A stretch of DNA of 64,000 nucleotides. Source: Alteromonas sp. (GTDB lineage: Bacteria; Margulisbacteria; Marinamargulisbacteria; UBA6595). Position numbers and translations under genes: made by a program. The notes under the pieces were generated by a model. The model did not search any database. It was given only the letters and a program-made list of their open reading frames with translations, and was not told the DNA's origin. The DNA lies in contig CAXPTH010000006.1 of assembly GCA_964220215.1 (NCBI GenBank), forward strand, positions 59,757 through 123,756, read 5' to 3'. This document shows, piece after piece, positions 9,662 through 19,752 of the stretch (position 1 is its first letter; each line of letters opens with the position of its first letter).

Positions 9662-10915
9662 ATGAACGGGGATGCTTGGTGTTTTGATACCCGCGCTATT
9701 CACAGCGGATATACGCCGGATTCGGATACAGGGGCGACCAATGTGCCGATTTACCAGTCAGCAGGATTTGCGCATGATCCGGATACTTTAGAGGCTATTT
9801 TTAATGGGCGTCAGCCCGGGTTTTATTATTCACGTACGGGCAATCCCACAGTAGCGGCCTTGGAGCAACGCTTAACGGCGTTGGAATTGGGGCGTGGAGC
9901 GGTGTGTGTGTCCTCGGGTATGGCGGCGATTATGACGGTGTTTTGTACCTTGGCGCAATCGGGGGACAATGTTGTGGTCGCCAAAAGTTTGTTTGGCAGT
10001 ACGTATTATTTGTTTCATGGGGTTATTGCCTCGATGGGTATTGATGTTCGGTTTGTGGATAGTACGGATGTGTCCGGGTATGCAGCTGCGCTGGATGCGC
10101 GTACCCGATTTGTGTTTTTAGAGGCCATTGGCAACCCCAAGTTGGATGTGCCGGATGTTCGTGCGATTGCCGATGTGGCCCATGCCCATGGCATTCCTTT
10201 GGTGGTTGATACTACTTTTGTAACGCCCTATTTGGCTCAATCACGGTCCCTAGGCATCGACATTGTTACCGTGGCCACGACAAAATATTTATGTGGGGGC
10301 GGGTTGGCGATTGGGGGCGCCATTGTGGATACTGGCCTGTTCCATTGGCCCGATTGCATCTCCAATTCACCGGATATTTTGAAGACAGCCGTTGGTAAGT
10401 TGGGGGAATTGGGGGGTGTGGCTGCGTTTAAAAAAGTACGTGGCACAACAGGAAATAGTTTGGCGGCTCAAAATGCATTTTTAACCTTAAAAGGGGTTGA
10501 GACATTGAGCTTGCGTATGGATCGGCATTGCAGCAACGCAATGGCCGTGGCCACGTATTTGGATCAGCACCCTGCGGTTACGGTCACGCAATATCCGGGG
10601 CTGTCCACCCATGCGGACCATGCGGTGGCTACCCGTCAGTTTGGTGGACGTTATGGCGGTATGGTGACGCTGAGACTGGGCAGTAAAGCACGGGCGTATG
10701 CCTTTTTAAATGCGCTGACTGTGATTCAGTGTTTGGTCAATTTGGGCGATGCCAAGACGTTGGCAGTATGCCCACGGCGAACAATTTATCGGGATTTAAC
10801 TGATGAGCAAGCAGCCGAAGCCGGTGTCTATGATGATTTGATTCGATTATCGGTTGGTTTGGAGTCCGAGGCGGACTTAATAGCCGATTTAACACAAGCG
10901 TTGGAGGTACTATGA
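9662..10915 (+). CDS. metY: O-acetylhomoserine aminocarboxypropyltransferase (MetY-like, PLP)
   Basis: YSRTGNPTVAALEQR, SSGMAAI, TKYL (PLP Lys), VNLGDAKTL, IRLSVGLE. Confidence 0.85.
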   Translation: MNGDAWCFDTRAIHSGYTPDSDTGATNVPIYQSAGFAHDPDTLEAIFNGRQPGFYYSRTGNPTVAALEQRLTALELGRGAVCVSSGMAAIMTVFCTLAQSGDNVVVAKSLFGSTYYLFHGVIASMGIDVRFVDSTDVSGYAAALDARTRFVFLEAIGNPKLDVPDVRAIADVAHAHGIPLVVDTTFVTPYLAQSRSLGIDIVTVATTKYLCGGGLAIGGAIVDTGLFHWPDCISNSPDILKTAVGKLGELGGVAAFKKVRGTTGNSLAAQNAFLTLKGVETLSLRMDRHCSNAMAVATYLDQHPAVTVTQYPGLSTHADHAVATRQFGGRYGGMVTLRLGSKARAYAFLNALTVIQCLVNLGDAKTLAVCPRRTIYRDLTDEQAAEAGVYDDLIRLSVGLESEADLIADLTQALEVL

Positions 10916-11730
10916 CATTCAGTGATGCACAAGTTGAGCGATATTCTCGCCATATTATTTTATCGGATGTGGGCGGCGATGGGCAGCAAAAATTGTTGTC
11001 TAGCCGTGTCTTAATTATTGGTGCGGGTGGTTTGGGGTCCCCCATTGCGTTGTACTTGGCGGCAGCTGGTGTGGGGCATTTGGGAATTGTGGATGCGGAT
11101 CGGGTTGATTTGAGTAATTTGCAGCGCCAGATTGCGCATTATACTGCCGATGTGGGTCGGCTAAAAACGGAATCAGCTCAGGAAAAAATTAATGCCATGA
11201 ACCCGGATGTTTCCGTGACCCTATATCATGAACGCTTTGAAGCCCACAATGCGTTTGCGTTGATGCAGGGATATGATTTTGTAATAGACGGGACAGATAG
11301 TTTTGAGAGTAAGTTTTTGATTAATGATGCCTGTGTCATGGCCAAGCAGGCGTTTTCGCATGGGGGTATTTTGCGCTTTGATGGGCAAACGTTTACCTAT
11401 GCACCTGGGCATGCGTGTTATCGGTGTATATTTGATGACTTGCCCCCTAAAAATGCGGTGCCAACCTGTTCTCAAGCCGGTGTGTTGGGGTCTATTGCGG
11501 GGATGCTGGGTACTATTCAAGCCACAGAGGCGATTAAGTATTTGTTGGGTGTGGGTACTGGGTTAACCGATCGCATTCTCAGTTTTAATGCGAAACAGAT
11601 GCAATTTAGAACAATTTCAGTGAGCCGAAACAGTGCGTGTAAGGTGTGTTCGGAATCACCGACAATTACAGAATTAGTGGATTACGAAGCGCCGGTATGT
11701 GATTTGAAAAGCCGTGGAGGGGCAGCATGA
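10912..11730 (+). CDS. ThiF/MoeB family adenylyltransferase (HcyF-like)
   Basis: RYSRHIIL, GAGGLGSP, SNLQRQ, CYRC, CKVC. Confidence 0.92.
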   Translation: MTFSDAQVERYSRHIILSDVGGDGQQKLLSSRVLIIGAGGLGSPIALYLAAAGVGHLGIVDADRVDLSNLQRQIAHYTADVGRLKTESAQEKINAMNPDVSVTLYHERFEAHNAFALMQGYDFVIDGTDSFESKFLINDACVMAKQAFSHGGILRFDGQTFTYAPGHACYRCIFDDLPPKNAVPTCSQAGVLGSIAGMLGTIQATEAIKYLLGVGTGLTDRILSFNAKQMQFRTISVSRNSACKVCSESPTITELVDYEAPVCDLKSRGGAA

Positions 11731-12149
11731 GTAAAACAATAAAAATTAAACAGTCGGTTATCGATCGCATGGTTTCAGAGTTGCGCACGGTCTTGCCCAA
11801 TGAGGGGTGTGGGTATTTGGCCGGGTCGGATGGCTGTGTGGATACCATTTACCCCCTAGAAAATATTGATCATAGTCCGGAGCACTTTTCATTTCGGCCC
11901 GAGGATCAGTTTGCGGTTTTGAAATCGGCACGCGCTGCGGGCAAACACTTGCAGGTGGTGTACCATTCGCATCCGGAAACGCCACCACGGTTATCGGAAG
12001 AAGATTTGCGGCTATTGAATGACCCGAATATGGTCTATATTATTGTGTCGTTTCAATCCGATGTCCCCGGCATCAAAGGCTACCAGATTGATAAAGCCAA
12101 TGAAACAATAACCGTGCACGATGTAGCACTTGAGATAGTAGGAGAATAA
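11727..12149 (+). CDS. JAMM/MPN (M67) metallopeptidase (HcyD/Mec-like)
   Basis: PNEGCG and YHSHPETPPRLSEED JAMM motif. Confidence 0.92.
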   Translation: MSKTIKIKQSVIDRMVSELRTVLPNEGCGYLAGSDGCVDTIYPLENIDHSPEHFSFRPEDQFAVLKSARAAGKHLQVVYHSHPETPPRLSEEDLRLLNDPNMVYIIVSFQSDVPGIKGYQIDKANETITVHDVALEIVGE

Positions 12150-12150
12150 T

Positions 12151-14457
12151 ATGCGATTTTATGATAACCCCCCTGTATTAGCCGAAGAACAAGCCTTGTT
12201 TGTTCATGATTTAGTGGATTATTCCTTGGGCAACATTGACCCCACCAAGTTTAAAGCCATTCGTGTGGCGCATGGGGTGTATGAGCAGCGTCAAGATCAC
12301 ACCTATATGATTCGGATTCGGTGTGCAGCGGGCGGTTTAACCCCGGAGCAATTGCGCAAGGCCGCTGAATTGGCAGAAGCCTACGGGGGTGGCGAAGTGC
12401 ATTTTACGACTCGGCAAGAAATCCAGGTCCACAATGTGACGATAGAAAATTTAATGACGGTCATTGAAGGTTTGCGATCCGTGGGCTTAAGCACTCGAGG
12501 TGGGGGTGGGAATACCATTCGAAATATTTTGACCCCATCGCATTCTGGGATTCGTCCGGGGGATGTGTTTGATGTGGATCCGTATGCCATGGCGTTGACG
12601 ACTCGATTAATTCATGAGCCCGATTCATGGAATTTGCCTAGAAAGTTTAAAATTGCATTTTCAACGGCACCGGATGATGTGTCTTTTACACAAGCTACGT
12701 GTTTGGGGTTTGTGGCAAAAATGAATGGCGATCAGAAGGGATTTGAAGTCTATTGTTCTGGTGGGATGGGTGCAAAACCCATGGTGGGGCATTTGTTGTT
12801 GGCGTGGATTCCCGATACAGAAGTGTATGCAGTGACCCGTGCGATTAAAACGATGTTTGATAAGCATGGCAACCGTCGAAACCGCAATCAAAACCGCATT
12901 AAGTTTTTATGGAAAAAAATTGGTGAAGAAGAATTTAAGCAGTTGTTTCATGATGAATATGCGTTGGTTCAAGGGAAAGACCCGTTGGTTTTGCCCGAAT
13001 TAAACAACGAGGCGCAAGCGACGGATTTGCCTATTGAAACGGTCACTGGGCAGGACTTTGAGAATTGGAAAAATCGGTATGTGATGGCGCAATCACAGCC
13101 GGGCTTGTCCTCCATTTTGATTCCGTTGAAGCTGGGGGATATTTACAAGCATCATGCGGATATCTTGTGTGACTTTTTGGATCATTTTGGTCCAAACACC
13201 ATGCGGTGCGAGCGGGCGCAAAATATCCGATTGCGCAACATACCGGATGCGTATTTGGGCAATGCCTACCGCATGATTCAGCAGTTGGACACGTTGTCGG
13301 AGCAGCCAGCATTTATTGGCCGTATGATGAACTGTACGGGGGCCCAAACCTGTAAGTTGGGAATTTGTTTGCCGCGTGGGCTGTCTAAAGCGATTCAAAA
13401 GCGGTTGATTGTGAGTGATCTTGATTTTGATGCGATTGCGGATTTCCGGTTAAACATGTCGGGATGCCCCAATACCTGTGGGATGCATCACATTGCACAG
13501 TTGGGATTTTTTGGTAAAGTGGGCCGAAAAGATGGGGATCTGTATCCGGCCTACAATGTCTTGGCGGGTGCAAAAGTGGCGGCTGGGCAAACGGAGTATG
13601 CGCAACGGGTCACGGACATTGCGGCGCATGCCATTCCCGAGTTTGTGTACCAGTTTTTGCGTGATTATATTGCTAAAAAAGATCAGTATGCGACCTATAA
13701 TGCGTATTTGGATTCGGAAGGATTTGATTTGATTAAAGCCTTGTGTGACCAGTATCGGGATGTTCCAGCGTATGCCGATGATGCGTCGTTTTATACAGAC
13801 TTTGGGGCGAAAAAACGCTTGTCTCTAGAGCAGCTGGGCACGGCGGAATGTTCGGCTGGTATGTTTGATATGATTGATGTGGATCAAAAAAATATGAAGC
13901 AGATCATCAAAGCGTTGCCCGATACAGCAGAGCCTGCGGATGCCTTGAAAACGTTGTTGTTTCATACGTCGCGTATGTTGCTGGTCACCCGTGGGTTGGA
14001 CCCTAAAACAGATACCGAGGTATTTAAATTATTTGAAAAACATTTTGTTCAAACCGAATTGGTGGATAAACAGTACAGTGCCGTGGTCTTGTTGGGCTTG
14101 GGATCTTCGGATGCCTTAGTCCCACATGCGGACGCAGTGGTTGAATTAGCCAATGCGGTGATGGCGTTGTATAAGGGTATGGATGATTCGTTAAAGTTTA
14201 AGCTGGATGATGCCGCTGAATCGGGCCATACGGCCCAACATGTAACCCAGGATTTTCGTGGGGTTGCCTGTCCGATGAACTTCGTGAAAACAAAATTAGC
14301 CTTAGAGGCTCTGAAATCTGGAGACAGTTTGGATGTATTGTTGGATGATGGTGAACCAATTGAAAATGTGCCCAATTCGGTGCAACAAGAGGGCCACACC
14401 ATTGTGAAAAAAGAGAAGGTAGAGAACCATTGGCAAGTCACAATACGAAAAGCATAG
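12151..14457 (+). CDS. Sulfite reductase (siroheme/4Fe-4S) fused to a C-terminal TusA/SirA domain
   Basis: HFTTRQEIQ, LPRKFKIA, CTGAQTC, SGCPNTCG; C-terminal DFRGVACPMNFVKTK. Confidence 0.88.
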   Translation: MRFYDNPPVLAEEQALFVHDLVDYSLGNIDPTKFKAIRVAHGVYEQRQDHTYMIRIRCAAGGLTPEQLRKAAELAEAYGGGEVHFTTRQEIQVHNVTIENLMTVIEGLRSVGLSTRGGGGNTIRNILTPSHSGIRPGDVFDVDPYAMALTTRLIHEPDSWNLPRKFKIAFSTAPDDVSFTQATCLGFVAKMNGDQKGFEVYCSGGMGAKPMVGHLLLAWIPDTEVYAVTRAIKTMFDKHGNRRNRNQNRIKFLWKKIGEEEFKQLFHDEYALVQGKDPLVLPELNNEAQATDLPIETVTGQDFENWKNRYVMAQSQPGLSSILIPLKLGDIYKHHADILCDFLDHFGPNTMRCERAQNIRLRNIPDAYLGNAYRMIQQLDTLSEQPAFIGRMMNCTGAQTCKLGICLPRGLSKAIQKRLIVSDLDFDAIADFRLNMSGCPNTCGMHHIAQLGFFGKVGRKDGDLYPAYNVLAGAKVAAGQTEYAQRVTDIAAHAIPEFVYQFLRDYIAKKDQYATYNAYLDSEGFDLIKALCDQYRDVPAYADDASFYTDFGAKKRLSLEQLGTAECSAGMFDMIDVDQKNMKQIIKALPDTAEPADALKTLLFHTSRMLLVTRGLDPKTDTEVFKLFEKHFVQTELVDKQYSAVVLLGLGSSDALVPHADAVVELANAVMALYKGMDDSLKFKLDDAAESGHTAQHVTQDFRGVACPMNFVKTKLALEALKSGDSLDVLLDDGEPIENVPNSVQQEGHTIVKKEKVENHWQVTIRKA

Positions 14458-14675
14458 GCGATACACATCGACGCAGTTTAGCCAAATCGTTTTCGTGGCG
14501 TATTACGGCGACGTTGGTCACGACCCTGATTTCCTGGTATATCACCGGGACGTGGGCCATGGCCTTGTCGATTGGTAGCATTGAATTTTTATCAAAAATT
14601 CTATTGTATTATGGGCATGAGCGATTGTGGGCACTGATTCCGTTTGGCAAAAAGACGTATGATTATCAAATTTAG
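14430..14675 (+). CDS. DUF2061 small membrane protein
   Basis: RSLAKSFSWRITAT...KILLYYGHERLW. Confidence 0.85.
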   Translation: MASHNTKSIGDTHRRSLAKSFSWRITATLVTTLISWYITGTWAMALSIGSIEFLSKILLYYGHERLWALIPFGKKTYDYQI

Positions 14676-14678
14676 AGT

Positions 14679-15419
14679 ATGGATATAACGGCGTTTAACA
14701 CCACATTGGATACGGCGGATTTACCCACAACGATTGCTGGGATTTTGGATGCGTTTGGGGAGCGTGTGGTGGTGGCGTCTTCGTTGAGTCTTGAAGACCA
14801 GGTTTTAACCCACTATTGGGTCAAGGCCTGTCAAGCGCAGGGGGTGGATCCGCATATTTTTGTATTGGATACGGGTCGATTGAATCCGGAAACCTATACA
14901 GTGCTTGCGGAGACTGAGCAAGCCTATGGGTTCCGATACCAAGTATACAGTCCAGACACCCAGGCTGTGGAAGCGTTGATTCAGGAACACGGCATTAATG
15001 GATTTTATACCAGTGTGGCTGTGCGTCAGCAGTGTTGTTTTGTCCGAAAAGTACAGCCGTTGCAGCGTGCATTAGCCCCATACGATGCCTGGGTTACGGG
15101 GTTGCGTCGGTTGCAATCCCCGGATCGGGCCCAGTTGCCCTTAGCGGAATGGGATGCGGGGCACGATAAAACGAAGTTTAATCCATTAATTCATTGGACC
15201 GAAGAACACTTGTGGGCGGTGGTTGACTCGGAACGTATTCCCATGAATGCGTTGTATGCGCAGGGGTATACCAGCATTGGGTGTGCCCCATGCACTCGGG
15301 CGATTCAGCCTGGGGAGTCGAATCGATCAGGGCGGTGGTGGTGGGAAACCAGTACCAAAGAATGTGGGTTGCATGTGGTGGATGGTAAAGTAGTACGAAA
15401 GAAACAGGAGGGTCAGTAA
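14679..15419 (+). CDS. cysH: (P)APS reductase, Fe-S APS-reductase type
   Basis: [34 protein letters not shown]. Confidence 0.93.
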   Translation: MDITAFNTTLDTADLPTTIAGILDAFGERVVVASSLSLEDQVLTHYWVKACQAQGVDPHIFVLDTGRLNPETYTVLAETEQAYGFRYQVYSPDTQAVEALIQEHGINGFYTSVAVRQQCCFVRKVQPLQRALAPYDAWVTGLRRLQSPDRAQLPLAEWDAGHDKTKFNPLIHWTEEHLWAVVDSERIPMNALYAQGYTSIGCAPCTRAIQPGESNRSGRWWWETSTKECGLHVVDGKVVRKKQEGQ

Positions 15420-15420
15420 G

Positions 15421-16320
15421 ATGGCATTAACGCATTTGCAGCAATTGGAAGCGGATAGCATTCACATTATGCGGGAGGTGGTGGCTGAGGCGGACAATCC
15501 GGTGATGTTGTATTCCATTGGAAAAGACTCGTCGGTTTTGTTGCATATTGCACGTAAGGCGTTTTATCCGGCGGATATTCCGTTTCCCGTGATGCACATT
15601 GATACCCGGTGGAAGTTTAAAGAAATGATTGCGTTTCGGGAGCAATTAGCCAAGGAATACAACTTGAATTTATTGGTTCATATTAACCCCGATGGTGTTG
15701 CCAATGATGTGGGGCCGTTTACGCATGGCTCTGCGGTTCATACGGATATTATGAAAACCCAAGCCTTGAAACAGGCCTTGGATCAGCACCAATTTGATGC
15801 CGCTTTTGGTGGGGCACGCCGCGATGAGGAAAAGTCACGGGCGAAAGAGCGTATTTTTTCGTTTCGATCGGCCCAGCATCGGTGGGATCCTAAAAATCAG
15901 CGGCCGGAGTTGTGGTCGTTATACAACACGAAAAAAAAGCCCGGGGAGTCCATTCGGGTATTTCCGTTGTCAAATTGGACGGAGTTGGACATTTGGCAAT
16001 ACATTTATTTAGAAAACATTCCCATTGTGCCCTTGTATTTTGCCAAAGAACGGCCGGTGGTGTGGCGCGATGGGACTTGGATCATGGTGGATGATGCGCG
16101 CATGCCCCTCAATCCGGGGGAAACGCCCGAGATGAAATGCGTGCGGTTTCGGACCTTGGGGTGTTATCCCCTAACCGGTGCGATTGAATCCACGGCGACC
16201 ACATTGCCCGATATTATTCAGGAGATGTTGTTAACCACAACATCCGAGCGGCAGGGACGGGTGATTGACAAAGACAGTGGGGCATCAATGGAAATGAAAA
16301 AACAGGAGGGATATTTCTAA
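15421..16320 (+). CDS. cysD: Sulfate adenylyltransferase subunit 2
   Basis: [38 protein letters not shown]. Confidence 0.97.
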   Translation: MALTHLQQLEADSIHIMREVVAEADNPVMLYSIGKDSSVLLHIARKAFYPADIPFPVMHIDTRWKFKEMIAFREQLAKEYNLNLLVHINPDGVANDVGPFTHGSAVHTDIMKTQALKQALDQHQFDAAFGGARRDEEKSRAKERIFSFRSAQHRWDPKNQRPELWSLYNTKKKPGESIRVFPLSNWTELDIWQYIYLENIPIVPLYFAKERPVVWRDGTWIMVDDARMPLNPGETPEMKCVRFRTLGCYPLTGAIESTATTLPDIIQEMLLTTTSERQGRVIDKDSGASMEMKKQEGYF

Positions 16321-18098
16321 TGGCCCATCAATCCAATTTAATTGAAACCGATATATTGGCTTATTTAAAATCGCAAGAGCATAAAAGTTTATTGCGCTTT
16401 ATTACCTGTGGGTCGGTGGATGACGGCAAATCCACTTTAATTGGCCGGTTGTTGTACGAGTCCAAATTAATTTATGAAGACCAATTGGATACCTTGCAAT
16501 CCGATTCAAAAAAGATGGGGACCCAGGGGGATAACATTGATTTTGCTTTGTTGGTGGATGGGTTAGCGTCTGAGCGCGAACAAGGCATTACGATTGATGT
16601 GGCCTACCGGTATTTTTCAACGGACAAACGCAAATTTATTGTGGCCGATACCCCGGGTCACGAGCAGTATACCCGCAATATGGCCACGGGGGCGTCCACA
16701 GCGGAGTTGGCCATTTTAATGGTGGATGCCCGGCATGGGATTATGACACAAACCCGTCGGCATTCGACCTTGGTGCAGCTATTGGGCGTGGATAAAATTG
16801 TTTTGGCGATTAATAAAATGGATTTGGTGGACTACAGTGAGGCTCGGTATCAGGCCATTGTGGCTGATTATGAGGCGTTTGCGGCCAGCATTGGGATTTC
16901 CAACAGTGTGGCGATTCCAGTATCGGCCTTGAAGGGAGATAATATTGTGGATACCAGCACTACAATGCCGTGGTATACAGGCCCCAGTTTGTTGACGTAT
17001 TTGGAAACGGTTCCGTTGCGAACGGTGGATCCCAATCGGGCGTTTTCAATGCCGGTGCAATGGGTGAATCGGCCCAATTTGGATTTTCGGGGGTTTGCGG
17101 GTCAAATTACCACAGGCCAAATTGCAGTCGGGGATTCGGTTACAGTGTTGCCGGCTAATGTGTCCACAACGGTTCGTTCAATTGTGACCATGGATGGGGC
17201 GTTGGATGTGGCTATTCGGGGGCAATCCGTTACGGTGACGTTGGCGGATGAGGTGGATGTGTCTCGGGGGGATGTTTTGGTGGGTGCGTCCAGTCCGGTA
17301 CGCATTGGCCATCAATTTGTATCCACGATTGTGTGGATGTCGGACATTCCCATGATTCCCAATCAGTTGTATTGGATTAAAACCCGAGCCAAGTTGTTGA
17401 GTGGATCGTTGGAAGCCCCTCAGTATCGATTAAACATTAATACGTTAGAGCATGTGGATGCGCCCACCTTAACCCTCAATGAAATTGGGCACTGTGTGTG
17501 TACCTTTGATCAACCGATTCCCTATGAATATTATCAAGACAATCCGCATTTAGGCAGTTTTATTATTGTGGATCGCCAATCCAACAATACGGTTGGCATG
17601 GGGCTCATTCATTCGACGGTGGGTACAGAGGATTGGGCCCAGCGCTATGTGAAACAGCGGGCCAAATATTGGCGCCCGGGTCAGGTGAGTGTGGCGGATC
17701 GAATTCAAACCAATCGGCATCAGCCCCTGTTGGTGGTGATTACTGGTCAGGTGCCTCGCCAGCAGTATTCCGATACGGGCATTCAGTTGGAAAAAGCGTT
17801 ATTTGATCGTGGCATTCAGGTTTATCGTCACGGGTTTCAATTTTTGCGTCATGCAGATGCTCAGGCCGATTCGATTGCGGAGCTGCGTCAGGATATGTTG
17901 CGGCATTTGATGGATATTGGGTATGCCTTTTTGGATGCGGGCATGGTTTTTATTACGGCGATTCGAGGCCTAACGCCCTTAGAATTAAATCAGTTAACCA
18001 CGTTGGCTGCACCGTTTGATGTGCAGGTCATTGACTTGGATACGGATTCTGAACAGCACACGGCGGATACAATTATCAATCACATACAAAAAGGATAG
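16320..18098 (+). CDS. cysN: Sulfate adenylyltransferase subunit 1 with a degenerate APS-kinase-like tail
   Basis: CGSVDDGKSTLIGRLL, EREQGITIDVAYRYF, DTPGHEQYTRNM. Confidence 0.93.
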   Translation: MAHQSNLIETDILAYLKSQEHKSLLRFITCGSVDDGKSTLIGRLLYESKLIYEDQLDTLQSDSKKMGTQGDNIDFALLVDGLASEREQGITIDVAYRYFSTDKRKFIVADTPGHEQYTRNMATGASTAELAILMVDARHGIMTQTRRHSTLVQLLGVDKIVLAINKMDLVDYSEARYQAIVADYEAFAASIGISNSVAIPVSALKGDNIVDTSTTMPWYTGPSLLTYLETVPLRTVDPNRAFSMPVQWVNRPNLDFRGFAGQITTGQIAVGDSVTVLPANVSTTVRSIVTMDGALDVAIRGQSVTVTLADEVDVSRGDVLVGASSPVRIGHQFVSTIVWMSDIPMIPNQLYWIKTRAKLLSGSLEAPQYRLNINTLEHVDAPTLTLNEIGHCVCTFDQPIPYEYYQDNPHLGSFIIVDRQSNNTVGMGLIHSTVGTEDWAQRYVKQRAKYWRPGQVSVADRIQTNRHQPLLVVITGQVPRQQYSDTGIQLEKALFDRGIQVYRHGFQFLRHADAQADSIAELRQDMLRHLMDIGYAFLDAGMVFITAIRGLTPLELNQLTTLAAPFDVQVIDLDTDSEQHTADTIINHIQKG

Positions 18099-18102
18099 GT
18101 TT

Positions 18103-19356
18103 ATGAATATTGCATTACTTGGATTTGGGTTTGTTGGGCAGGGGGTGTGGCATATTTTGCAATCCAATCGTGAGCAATTGGCGTTAAAGCTGGGGTTGGA
18201 TGAAGCGGATATTCAGCTCAAGGTTGTGGGGGTTCGCGATTGTCAAAAGGCTCGAAACAACGGCTTGCCGGAGTCTATTCCAGTTACCGATGACATTGGC
18301 AGTATTTTGGCAGATCCTAGCATTGAATTGGTCATTGAGGCGATTGGGGGCGAGCATCCGGCGTATCAGTATATTCACGATGCATTGGTGGCTGGTAAGC
18401 ATGTGGTAACGGCCAATAAAGAGGTGATTGCTAAGCATCAGCAGGTTTTGTTCCAGTTGGCCCACGATCACCAAGTGATTTTGGCGTGTGAAGCGGCGGT
18501 TGGAGGCAGTATTCCGTTAATTCGTGGGTTGCGTGTGGGCTTTGCGGCCAACAAAATTCAGTCCGTTATGGGTATTTTAAATGGGACAACCAACTACATG
18601 TTAACCCGTATGCTGGCCGATTCAATGCCGTATGATGATGCGTTAAAGCAAGCGCAGGCCTTGGGTTTTGCAGAGGCGGATCCGACCATGGATGTGAGTG
18701 GCATGGATGTGGCGTATAAAGTCATTATTTTAGCTGGGGTGGCGTTTCATGTGGATATTCCCATTGAGGCGATGCCAGTTGAAGGCATTGAGTCCATTCA
18801 ATTGGCGGACATGCTGCATGCCCAAGACATGGGGTATGTGGTGAAGTTAATTGGGGCGATTACGGCCACGGATGATGGGTTGGCGGTGCGTGTTTGCCCG
18901 ATGCTGTTGCCCAATACCCATGCGATGGCGACGGTTAACAATGAAGTGAATGCGTTGTTTTTGCATGGGGATTGTGTGGGGGATGCGATGATGGTGGGAA
19001 AAGGGGCGGGTGGCATTCCGACGGCGTCGGCCATTTTGTCTGACGTGGTGGCGATTGGCGCATCGACGTCTACGCCGGTTCGGTTGGAGCCGGCTCAATT
19101 GGTCCCGTTGTCTGAGCAAGTCACGTCCATGTATATGCGCTTATCGGTCCAGGATCATGTGGGTGTTTTGGAGCAGGTGACGCATGTGTTGAGCCAAGCA
19201 GGCGTGAGTTTAAAAACGGTGGTTCAGAAAAATCAAGGGGATGAAGCATCCATTTTACTGATCACGCACCCGGTTAAAGAATCGGTTATTCAAGGGCTTC
19301 AACTCAATGAGCTAGCGGCTGTCTTGCGCATTGATGCCATGGTGCGCGTGGTTTAA
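18103..19356 (+). CDS. hom: Homoserine dehydrogenase with C-terminal ACT domain
   Basis: GFGFVGQG, HVVTANK, EAAVGG, GILNGTTNY, GFAEADPTMDV. Confidence 0.95.
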   Translation: MNIALLGFGFVGQGVWHILQSNREQLALKLGLDEADIQLKVVGVRDCQKARNNGLPESIPVTDDIGSILADPSIELVIEAIGGEHPAYQYIHDALVAGKHVVTANKEVIAKHQQVLFQLAHDHQVILACEAAVGGSIPLIRGLRVGFAANKIQSVMGILNGTTNYMLTRMLADSMPYDDALKQAQALGFAEADPTMDVSGMDVAYKVIILAGVAFHVDIPIEAMPVEGIESIQLADMLHAQDMGYVVKLIGAITATDDGLAVRVCPMLLPNTHAMATVNNEVNALFLHGDCVGDAMMVGKGAGGIPTASAILSDVVAIGASTSTPVRLEPAQLVPLSEQVTSMYMRLSVQDHVGVLEQVTHVLSQAGVSLKTVVQKNQGDEASILLITHPVKESVIQGLQLNELAAVLRIDAMVRVV

Positions 19357-19458
19357 ATACACCTAAAAATATTTACAGTAATTAGATTACAGATATTCTA
19401 TTGAAAATCTCTCATTATTATATTAACATTTGCTGTAATCGGTTTACAGAGAGTAAAA

Positions 19459-19752
19459 ATGATTAAGAAACTCAAAGACATATCAGAAATATCCACCGGA
19501 GTAACCTTTAGAATGCGATTAGAGCATGCTACGGATGGAAATGTTTCAATAATACAAATGAAAGACCTAGGGGATGATCATACTGTTAAGCTAAATGAAC
19601 TCGTAAAATTCAAAATAGAATCCCCGAAACAACGTCAGTATGTAAAGAAGTTCGATATTAAGGCTGTTCAGAAAGAAATTGAGACACTTGAGAGTGAATT
19701 AGGTGACGTACGACAGAAAATGGCCGAGCTTCTTAACGAGGTGGGCGTGTGA
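19459..19752 (+). pseudogene. Chimeric type I R-M remnant (HsdS-like N-terminus fused to HsdM-like C-terminus)
   Basis: KLKDISEISTGVTFR...IQMKDL (HsdS-like start) joined to DIKAVQKEIETLESELGDVRQKMAELLNEVGV (HsdM-like end). Confidence 0.65.

Noticed and set aside
9448..12149. Ubl/E1/JAMM antiphage conjugation system (CBASS Cap2/3 or Bil type), or thiamine/molybdopterin genes
   Set aside because: No E2, cyclase, thiG or moaE; the context is sulfur assimilation
19433..19449. LexA SOS box
   Set aside because: CTGT and ACAG are 9 nt apart, not 8
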